From Candidatus Bathyarchaeota archaeon (lineage in GTDB: Archaea; Thermoproteota; Bathyarchaeia; Bathyarchaeales; Bathycorpusculaceae), in the NCBI GenBank assembly GCA_963832745.1, contig CAWHVC010000001.1, forward strand, positions 608,001-672,000: DNA of 64,000 bases, in the 5' to 3' direction. This document shows positions 49,889 to 58,133 of this stretch, in pieces. Each line of letters starts with the position of its first letter. Within the stretch, counting starts at the first letter, position 1. A model generated the notes under the pieces. That model saw only the letters and a program-made list of their open reading frames with translations. It was not told the origin of the DNA and did no database searches. Position numbers and translations under genes: made by a program.

Positions 49889-51394
49889 TTACATGCCTTG
49901 TTTAAGACGCCGATAAGTAACGTAGTCAACGTATTCTACAAACGGGTTTTCAGCCAAAAATTTGACGTTGACTTTCTGGCGACTTCGTTTATCAAGTATC
50001 TGACTTGTTGCCCGCAGCACGTATGCGTCGCTTCCTGCACCTGAACCGTAACTTGCCACAAGGATGCGGTCATCAGGTTTTGCAATGTCCAAAATCGCTG
50101 CTAAACCGACAAGGGAAGCGCCTGAGTAAGTGTTGCCGAATTTAGTCATTTGAATTGCAGGCATGAACTGTTCTTCTTTGAAACCGAGGTCTTTGGCGAT
50201 GCGTACTGGGAAACTGGGGTTTGGCTGGTGAGGCACAAAGTAAGTGAAGTCCATAGGCTTCATGTTGCATTTTTCCATGAGTTTACTTGCGGATTTTCGC
50301 ACGTGCTTGTGGTATGCTGGGTCACCTGTGAATCTGCCGCCGTGCATTGGGTAAGGTTCGCCGTCGCGTCGCCAGAAGTCTGGAGTGTCTGAGGTGCAAC
50401 TGTACCAGCCTTCAACTTCAGCGATAACGTCCTTTTTACCGAAAATAAAAGCTGCTCCGCCGTAACCGACGAAAGCGTCAAGTTCGCCGCCGGGGCATCC
50501 ACGTGGTGCAGCTTGAGAATTGTCAGCGCCGATAACCATAGCGTAGTCGATGCCTGAACGGGGATAACTTACTAAAGCACAGGCGTCTTTGAACATGCTT
50601 GAAGCTGCTTTACAGGCAAATTCTGTATCTACTGCGTCAACGCCTTGCAAGTCACCGTCTTGTTCGCCAAGATTTAGCACTTGGGCAACTTTAGCTGCGA
50701 TTGGTTTAACCGCGTACGGGTTAGATTCTGAGCCTGCATAAATTTTGCCTACCCACGAACTGTCAAGTCCCGAGTGAATTAATGCAAGTTTTCCAGCTTC
50801 TACGGCTGCAGTAACAGAGTCTTCATCTATGAAGGGTACTGCACGTTCGATACCGCCGTCCTTTATGCGGAAACGTGAACTGTAAACGCCATAGCCAACT
50901 ATGCCGGGTAACTCGTAGTCTTTGGTTGGCTGAATTACTTTGTATTCTTGATGCGGATAATACTCGTCTGCCAAGGTGAACGCTAAAGAGATTGTTGGGA
51001 CAACTTCGTTTTTCCCGACAGAATAGCGTCGGCGGAACCGTGGAGTTACTTCTCTGCCTTCTAAACTTGCCAAGTCAAGGTCACCGCTATTTAACAGTTG
51101 ATCAGTTATCCTTGCGGGCACACGGATTTTTCCGTCATGAAAACTAACCATGCCATAAACGAAACGGTCAAGCTTCATGAACTTGTTAGTTGGTTCATCA
51201 ATTAACGTGCAAAGTTCAAGTTTACCTTTCTCATAGAAAAGGTCAACGTTGTCCATTTTGCCGTAGCTTTTTCTGCCACATTTACCGCAGTAGTCGCGTA
51301 CTTCAAAATATTCTTTGCCGCAAATTTGGCAGCGGCTTGCACGTAAACGGTCACCAAGATAAGATACTCTACGTTCTATTGGTTCACTGCTCAA
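49889..51394 (-). CDS. Hydroxymethylglutaryl-CoA synthase with fused N-terminal DUF35 (Zn-ribbon/OB-fold) domain
   Basis: CQICG...CGKC Zn ribbon, then DEDSVT, GSESNPYAVKP, EFACK, DFWRR, PHQPN, GNTYSG, SYGSGAGSD. Confidence 0.92.
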   Translation of the reverse strand: MSSEPIERRVSYLGDRLRASRCQICGKEYFEVRDYCGKCGRKSYGKMDNVDLFYEKGKLELCTLIDEPTNKFMKLDRFVYGMVSFHDGKIRVPARITDQLLNSGDLDLASLEGREVTPRFRRRYSVGKNEVVPTISLAFTLADEYYPHQEYKVIQPTKDYELPGIVGYGVYSSRFRIKDGGIERAVPFIDEDSVTAAVEAGKLALIHSGLDSSWVGKIYAGSESNPYAVKPIAAKVAQVLNLGEQDGDLQGVDAVDTEFACKAASSMFKDACALVSYPRSGIDYAMVIGADNSQAAPRGCPGGELDAFVGYGGAAFIFGKKDVIAEVEGWYSCTSDTPDFWRRDGEPYPMHGGRFTGDPAYHKHVRKSASKLMEKCNMKPMDFTYFVPHQPNPSFPVRIAKDLGFKEEQFMPAIQMTKFGNTYSGASLVGLAAILDIAKPDDRILVASYGSGAGSDAYVLRATSQILDKRSRQKVNVKFLAENPFVEYVDYVTYRRLKQGM

Positions 51395-51399
51395 TTGTT

Positions 51400-52599
51400 T
51401 TATTCTCTCCCTAAAATTGTTGCATACGCTTTAGTGCCGAAACCTTCAAACTCCAACGAGCCGCCAAGTTTGGGAACGGCGCCGTCAATGGTTACTTGAC
51501 GTTGATCAGCTTTTCCGGTTAATTGACGGAAGATTTCGTAAATTTGTGCTCCACCAGTTGCACCCAATGGGTTGCCGTCAGCTTTTAAACCGCCATCCAT
51601 GTTAACGTACAATTCTTTGCCGTCAATTTCGTAGCAGCCTTTGCTGTTTGGATATGAGTCAGCTATGCTTTTCCAGGCAGTTCCAGCAGTGCAGTACCCT
51701 AAGTCTTCAAGAGAAACCATTTCCATCATGGTGGATTGGTCGTTAACTTCCCAAAGCTTGATGTCCCAAGGTGACAGTTTGCTGGTTTGAAGGGCTTTTT
51801 TCATGGCGATTTGTGTCGCAACAAAATAGCTTAACTCGTCTCGAGCTGAATAGTCAAGATAATCTGTTGCCGAGCCACAACCGTAAATATACACGGGGTT
51901 TGCGCCCATCTTTTTGGCGACTTCTTCACTTGTAAGAATCAAAGCCGCTGCACCATCAGTAACCGGAGCAAAATCAAATAACCCTAAAGCTTTGTTTGCA
52001 GCTTTCCGCGAACTTAACACACTTTCCAAACTGATTTTACGTTGATACTGCGCATAAGGGTTTTTTGAGCCGTTAGCATGATTCTTGATTGCCACTTGTG
52101 CTAAAGCATTGTAAAGTTTTTCAAGGTTTTCACCATTTATACCGTGCTTTTTGATGTAAGCACGAAGCATAAGTTCATGGTTTGCCTCGGGCGTTCCCCC
52201 TGCGTAATAACTCCAAGGGTCTTCAAGCAGCATAAGGTCATCACGGATTTTATCCCAGCGGTCAGTCATCTTTTCAATACCGCCGACTAGAACGGTACTG
52301 TAAACGCCTGCTTGTATGGCGTGGCATGCAGTTTTTAATGCAGCACTAAAAGACCTTGTTACTTCCATGGGAACGTGAAGCTCAGTTAATTCAGAAAGAA
52401 AACCTTCTTCTAAACCAAGCTTGTTGGTGATTGGCAAAAAACAGTCAGACATGTAGCATGCTTCTAAATTTTTGCGTTCAAGATTGCATTCGTTTGAGGC
52501 TGCAAGCCAGGCTTCTTCTATTAGTTTTTCTGGCTCTTTGCCGTAATGTTCTCCAAACTTTGTTCGGCCAACAGCAACTATTACGGGACGATTCTGCAT
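51400..52599 (-). CDS. Thiolase-family protein (archaeal acetyl-CoA acetyltransferase-like) with degenerate active site
   Basis: GRTKFGE, VLVGGIEKMTD, KNHANGSKNPYAQ, DGAAA, GGLKADGNPLGATG, QLTGKA..RQV. Confidence 0.88.
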   Translation of the reverse strand: MQNRPVIVAVGRTKFGEHYGKEPEKLIEEAWLAASNECNLERKNLEACYMSDCFLPITNKLGLEEGFLSELTELHVPMEVTRSFSAALKTACHAIQAGVYSTVLVGGIEKMTDRWDKIRDDLMLLEDPWSYYAGGTPEANHELMLRAYIKKHGINGENLEKLYNALAQVAIKNHANGSKNPYAQYQRKISLESVLSSRKAANKALGLFDFAPVTDGAAALILTSEEVAKKMGANPVYIYGCGSATDYLDYSARDELSYFVATQIAMKKALQTSKLSPWDIKLWEVNDQSTMMEMVSLEDLGYCTAGTAWKSIADSYPNSKGCYEIDGKELYVNMDGGLKADGNPLGATGGAQIYEIFRQLTGKADQRQVTIDGAVPKLGGSLEFEGFGTKAYATILGRE

Positions 52600-52716
52600 A
52601 ACTTGTCTTCTTCCCTTGATTAATAGCAGTACAAATTTTCTAAAAAGACTATTAAATATTTGCCATATTTACCAAGTTTAAACCTGAAAAATACAGCTAG
52701 CAAGCCCTAAACCGTT

Positions 52717-54117
52717 TTAGGCATGATTATGGTTAGTTATCTCGTTTTCAATGATTTTTTCACGTAAGTTTTTGATTAATTCTTGCAATTTTTGGCTTAA
52801 CTCTACAGGATACACTTCAGCTTCAGTTAGCAGCTTATGCTTTTCTGGAAGCTTGGCAAGGTTTTCAGCGGCAAAATCCTTAATTTGAGTCAACGACGGC
52901 AAAGTGTAAGTTAATTTGCCCTCAGACATAACCTTAACAAGCAACGGTTCAGCATCCACCCTTTCAGAAGCCAACGCAATAACATCCCGCACGTAATTGC
53001 CTTCATCATCCTTGTAACGGTAAACTTGTTTGCGACCAGGCAAAGTTAACTTGTCAGTGCTTAGTTTCATGATAGGCGAATAAACATTTGGCGCCGTCAA
53101 GGTTTCGCACAGTTTATAGATAACATCAAGATAAGGCTTGTCAGAAGAAGTCCCCATTTTGGTGCCTACACCAAAAGAGTCAATTTTTGCGCCTTTACTA
53201 AGTAGTTCAGCAATGCGAAATTCTTCCAAGTCACCGCTAACAAAGATTTTAACGTATCCCAAATCGTTGTCGTCAAGGATTTTTCTGATTTTTTTGCTGG
53301 TTTCCGCTAAATCTCCGCTGTCCAACCTGACGCCGCCGAGCCTGAACCCTTTCGCTTCAAGCTCCTTAGCTACAATGACTGCTTTTTCCAAGCCTGCAAT
53401 GTCATTGTAAGTATCAATCAGCAGCGTGGATTTGTCGGGGAAGGTTTTGGCGAATGCACGGAAAGCGTCAAGCTCTTTTGGGTAAGACATTATGAAGGAG
53501 TGCGCCATGGTTCCAAAGACGGGGATGTCGTAAGCCATGCCTGCAAGCACGTTGGATGTTCCTTTGCAGCCGGCGATGTAGCTGCTACGTGCTACTTTCA
53601 TCCCTGCATCTATGCCCTGTTCTCGGCGTAAACCGAATTCGATTACAGTTTTGCCTTTTGCGGCGTGTATGACGCGGCTGGCTTTTGTTGACATGGTAGT
53701 TTGTAGGTTAACGGTGTTTAGAACGAATGTTTCAACAATTTGGGCTTCAATAATTGGCGCAGTAATGCGGACTAAGGGTTCGTTGGGGAAAGCAACGGTG
53801 CCTTCGGGGACTGCCCAAACGTCGCCTGTGAATTTGAAGTTTCGCAGGTAATCAAGAAACTGCTGATTGAAACCTTGCCGTTTTAGGTAGGCGAGATGCT
53901 GCTCAGTGAATTTGATGTTTTGCAGGTAAAGCAGGATTTGTTCCAACCCGGTGAATAGGAAGTAGGAACGGTTTTCAGGCAGACGCCTAATAAACAAATC
54001 AAACGTGGCGGGTTCAAAGTTTTTGTTGTCAAAATACGCCGCGCACATTGTTAATTCGTAAAAGTCTGTAAAGAGGCTCATGTCTTCTTCGTTATAGGCG
54101 CCAAGAAACGGATTCAT
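52717..54117 (-). CDS. pncB: Nicotinate phosphoribosyltransferase
   Basis: TDFYELTM, EFGLRR, GTMAHS, LIDTY, VRLDSGD, FGVGT. Confidence 0.93.
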   Translation of the reverse strand: MNPFLGAYNEEDMSLFTDFYELTMCAAYFDNKNFEPATFDLFIRRLPENRSYFLFTGLEQILLYLQNIKFTEQHLAYLKRQGFNQQFLDYLRNFKFTGDVWAVPEGTVAFPNEPLVRITAPIIEAQIVETFVLNTVNLQTTMSTKASRVIHAAKGKTVIEFGLRREQGIDAGMKVARSSYIAGCKGTSNVLAGMAYDIPVFGTMAHSFIMSYPKELDAFRAFAKTFPDKSTLLIDTYNDIAGLEKAVIVAKELEAKGFRLGGVRLDSGDLAETSKKIRKILDDNDLGYVKIFVSGDLEEFRIAELLSKGAKIDSFGVGTKMGTSSDKPYLDVIYKLCETLTAPNVYSPIMKLSTDKLTLPGRKQVYRYKDDEGNYVRDVIALASERVDAEPLLVKVMSEGKLTYTLPSLTQIKDFAAENLAKLPEKHKLLTEAEVYPVELSQKLQELIKNLREKIIENEITNHNHA

Positions 54118-54202
54118 GATAGCTTAGAGGAAATGTTTACGATTTAATTCTTTCTAGCATAAGCCAACCGGTTCCTTAAAGTAAAAGGCTCCGAAAAGTG
54201 GG

Positions 54203-55105
54203 TTAAGGCGGAATGACGCCCATCCTGGAGCATTCTTCTTTTAAGCTGTCACGGATTTGTTTTAAGCTTTGACGTTTCTGCACGTACTCGTCACCTGTGA
54301 TTTTTTCGGTTCTAAAGTCGCTGTCAAGCTGGGTTAACTGGATGCTTATTTCTGTAATTCGCTCTTTTAGGTGGTCAACGTATGAACCTGCTTGTTCCTT
54401 AACTGTTACATCAGAAGGAGCTATCGAGGTTTTTATTACACCGTCTTCAATGCGCAGTATTCGATGTGAAGCGCGGGCTACGTTTGGGTCATGCGTAACC
54501 ATAATGATAGTTTTGCCCAGTCCTTCATTGATTTTGACTAGGTACTCCACGATTAATCTTGCGTTTGCAGTATCCAACTCGCCAGTTGGTTCATCAGCCA
54601 AAAGCACAGGTGCATCATTAGCCAAAGCGGCTGCAATAGCGATTCTTTGCTGTTCACCACCGCTCAACTCCTCAGGTTTATGCTCTGCACGTTCTTGCAA
54701 ACCAACGGTTTCCAGCAGTTCTTGCACTCGTTGCTTGCGTTGTCCTCGAGGAACACCTGAGGCTACCATGGAAAATTCAATATTTTCTTTAGCTGACAAG
54801 GTAGGAATCAGGTTGAGGTTTTGGAATATGTGACCAACAGTTTTTCTTCTAAAATCAACGAGTTGGTTTACTGAATAGCTGGTTATGGCATTTTCTCCGA
54901 CGTAAACAGTCCCTGCAGTAGCATTGTCAAGACCACCGATGATGTTCAGCAGTGTGGATTTGCCGCTTCCGCTTGGACCAATAATGGAGACAAGCTCGCC
55001 TGATTTTATGTCAAGGTTTAAGCCACGTAGGGCTTGTACTTCAATTTTTCCAGTCTTGTGAACTTTTACGAGGTCTCTGATTTTAATGTTTAATCCGTTG
55101 TTCAT
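54203..55105 (-). CDS. ABC transporter ATP-binding protein (LolD/MacB type) with helical C-terminal extension
   Basis: GPSGSGKST, LSGGEQQR, LADEPTGELD, VTHD. Confidence 0.93.
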   Translation of the reverse strand: MNNGLNIKIRDLVKVHKTGKIEVQALRGLNLDIKSGELVSIIGPSGSGKSTLLNIIGGLDNATAGTVYVGENAITSYSVNQLVDFRRKTVGHIFQNLNLIPTLSAKENIEFSMVASGVPRGQRKQRVQELLETVGLQERAEHKPEELSGGEQQRIAIAAALANDAPVLLADEPTGELDTANARLIVEYLVKINEGLGKTIIMVTHDPNVARASHRILRIEDGVIKTSIAPSDVTVKEQAGSYVDHLKERITEISIQLTQLDSDFRTEKITGDEYVQKRQSLKQIRDSLKEECSRMGVIPP

Positions 55106-57921
55106 CTTGATCTCACCATTTTATCAAGTTTAGTAACATATTGTCTTGTCATAATCAAAACTGAGAGTATCATGGCACCGTAAATCATGGCTATGTATGA
55201 AGCCACAGTTGTGATTGACTCAAAAGAGAAAACCACGTGTCTTGTCAAAATTAACCCGGTTGCAGCAGTAGACGTTACTGTTCCATAAACAATTACTGAA
55301 CCTACAGCTAGCCCGAAAACAACCGAAAATGTAATGACTGCAATGTTTTCAGTCAAAAACATCCAAACAAGTTGCCAGTAAGACAGACCTCTTACACTCA
55401 TCAAAGTGGCTTCACGATTGCGCTCCTTTAAACTAACAAGACCCACAAGTGCGGTTCCAACTGAAGCAGAAAGCACCGCAAAGATTAAGCCCAATTGTTG
55501 AACTTCCAAAATTTGTAGGCTACCGTAAGTAGTGTAACTATTTTTCTGCTGGGATAACGCCCATTGTTCATCAAAAGATGTTACTCCTAAAACTTCCAAG
55601 TTTAGTTTTCTTATTTGTTCTGCAACATTAGTTCCGTTTACGCCGTCTTGAAGCTTAATCAGCATTGTTGTATCGAAGCGTTCAAGCGGGTAAGCATCGC
55701 TTCCAATGGTCATATTGAAAAGGTTTCGGGGTACATATGACCATGTTTGAGAAGCACTCAGTCGACTCCCTATGCCCGTTTGGACTTGGACTGGTTCAGG
55801 ACCGTAAAAACCAACTACTGTTAATTTTCTGCCACCTGAATGGAAATTGATGCCCAATTGGTCACCGACAGTAACGTTTAATCGTTCAGCTTCAATTTTT
55901 TCTAAAATAATTGTCATGTTATCATTTTTTAGAGCATTCATCGCTTCGTCCATGCTTGCTCCAGTGAACCATTCTGGCTCAAAATAAGCGGATGCTTGCC
56001 AAGAGTCGGGGTCAATTGTCTTCACATAACTTCTTCCTGACACTTGAGAATCTTGTTCAAGTTGAGATTCTATGGTGTAGTTTTTAATCCCTGAAACATT
56101 TGCTAAAATGTTTGCCACTATTTCAGGAGTTTGAGAAGCGTTAGTGATGCTTATGCTGATGTCAGCGCCAACATCGGCACGAACCGCTCTTACTGCAAAA
56201 TCCTGTTCGCTTGCTATTTGCCCTGTTACTTGAACACTGTAACCAACGATGAATGCAACCAAGAAAGCTATAGCCGCTAACCTTTTAGGGTTTCGTCTAA
56301 CATTCTTTGCTGCTAAAGCCCCTAAGTCACCCATAACAATTGAAAATTTAGTTGTCAACTGCTGGAACTTAAGAGAGTTTTCGATGAACAGTTTAATAGT
56401 ACCCCAGAAGAACAGCATCGGTCCAAAATAGGTCAAGAACAAATCGAAATAAGTGAAAACCACCAGTAGCAACGCTGTGATGCCACCTGTAGAAGAAATA
56501 GCCTGTTGTCTCAGCATTTCTGGAAAATTCATGCCTGAAGCGAACTCTACCATCTTGTAGCTTCCGAGAATAAAAGCTATCCATGGTAATTTCTTTCGTA
56601 AAGAGCTACCTGAATCAGAACCTAAATAGTCTCTTAGCGCCTGAACTGTTGGCAATTTTGAAGCTTTTCTTGCGGAACTAAACGTTGAAAATAAGGCTAT
56701 AATCATGCCGAAAATAATTGTTGCTAACATTACTACTGGGCTGAAAAGTTGAGGATTAAACAGTGTGTTGATGTTCAACTCGCCTATAAACACTTGATTT
56801 AGGGCTAAAGCACAAACCACACCAATTACTCCACCGATGAAACCGATGGTTAATGATTCAATTAGAAACATTCTTTGAATTTGTCCGCTTGACAATCCCT
56901 TAGTAGACAATAACCCGATCTCACGCCTACGCAGGTTGTATGAAACATCGGAGACAGTTGACCCTAAATACCAAGCTACAATAAAAACTGGAAGAGAAAT
57001 TATGAAGAAGCTGATTTGGGTATAAAAGAAGCTTGATTCAAAATTTGATAATATATCGCCTAAAAGATTAGTTACACGATTATATGATTCAAATTGAGCT
57101 AAAACTGTATTTTGGATTTTATCCGCTATTGTCTGAATGTTTTTTGCCGAGGTTGTGGTGTCCCAGGGGTTCAAAAGTTTGTCATGGTCAACATTGATTC
57201 TGAATGTAGCACTCATAGCACTGTTAGTGATGTTAGACCACAGTTTAACAAAAGTAGAGTTCCAACCAACAATCATTGTATCTTGCTGATAATTATAACG
57301 CTCAATAGAACCACTCGAACCAGAAGAAGAGGGAATGTAGCTGTAGCCAGAAAGATATGCGTAGCCTTTATCAGTTAAATCCGCATAGCCCGCGACAGTC
57401 AAGTTGATAGGAATATATGTTGAATTGTAATACTTGGGCATTGGAAAAGACATTGAAGTTGAAATGTTATCGCCAATCTCTACTCTGTCCTTAAAGAAAT
57501 TGCCGACGATAATGTAAGTTTGATTTTCTCCGATTTCACCATCAGGCTTGTTTATCCATTCGTTATTGATTAATTCTGAGTCGGGGAAAACAACTATAGG
57601 TATGTACCAGTTTGATGTAAAATTATCGCTAGGCAACTTAGCGGTTTGATAGAGCCTACTTACTACCGCCAAGCTTTTTACCCCTTCAATACTTGAAATG
57701 TTATTCATTGCCCAAGCAAGGTCAGTTGAGTTAAGATTGACGGTAAATTCCAAGTCAGAGGTAACTTGGCTCAACTGTTTATCTAATGCCTCTTTACCGG
57801 CAAGATTTGTTTTAATGTTTACAGCTGCAAAGAATGTTGATGCAAGTATTATTCCGATTAGCAGTGCAACGAATAGTTTCCAGTTGCGGGTAACTCGTTT
57901 GAAGGGGTATAGTAGAGGCAT
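55102..57921 (-). CDS. FtsX/MacB-like ABC permease (duplicated, 939 aa)
   Basis: RRREIGLLSTKG and ERNREATLMSVRG FtsX motifs, two large extracellular domains. Confidence 0.88.
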   Translation of the reverse strand: MPLLYPFKRVTRNWKLFVALLIGIILASTFFAAVNIKTNLAGKEALDKQLSQVTSDLEFTVNLNSTDLAWAMNNISSIEGVKSLAVVSRLYQTAKLPSDNFTSNWYIPIVVFPDSELINNEWINKPDGEIGENQTYIIVGNFFKDRVEIGDNISTSMSFPMPKYYNSTYIPINLTVAGYADLTDKGYAYLSGYSYIPSSSGSSGSIERYNYQQDTMIVGWNSTFVKLWSNITNSAMSATFRINVDHDKLLNPWDTTTSAKNIQTIADKIQNTVLAQFESYNRVTNLLGDILSNFESSFFYTQISFFIISLPVFIVAWYLGSTVSDVSYNLRRREIGLLSTKGLSSGQIQRMFLIESLTIGFIGGVIGVVCALALNQVFIGELNINTLFNPQLFSPVVMLATIIFGMIIALFSTFSSARKASKLPTVQALRDYLGSDSGSSLRKKLPWIAFILGSYKMVEFASGMNFPEMLRQQAISSTGGITALLLVVFTYFDLFLTYFGPMLFFWGTIKLFIENSLKFQQLTTKFSIVMGDLGALAAKNVRRNPKRLAAIAFLVAFIVGYSVQVTGQIASEQDFAVRAVRADVGADISISITNASQTPEIVANILANVSGIKNYTIESQLEQDSQVSGRSYVKTIDPDSWQASAYFEPEWFTGASMDEAMNALKNDNMTIILEKIEAERLNVTVGDQLGINFHSGGRKLTVVGFYGPEPVQVQTGIGSRLSASQTWSYVPRNLFNMTIGSDAYPLERFDTTMLIKLQDGVNGTNVAEQIRKLNLEVLGVTSFDEQWALSQQKNSYTTYGSLQILEVQQLGLIFAVLSASVGTALVGLVSLKERNREATLMSVRGLSYWQLVWMFLTENIAVITFSVVFGLAVGSVIVYGTVTSTAATGLILTRHVVFSFESITTVASYIAMIYGAMILSVLIMTRQYVTKLDKMVRSR

Positions 57922-58133
57922 TAAGTATCAAGCCTTATTCTATCAATTGCTTTTTAAGTCTACGCTTTAGGACACCTAAAAAGGCAAAAAGAACAGCCGT
58001 TACAAGCTAAAGTTTTTATCAAGAAGCGTATGAAAGAACTAATTATGCATTAAAACAACGAGTTAAATCCTACAAACACCCAAACCATAAAGAACCAATA
58101 ACGTAAAAACAAAAAAAGAAAAAGGGAAAAAGT

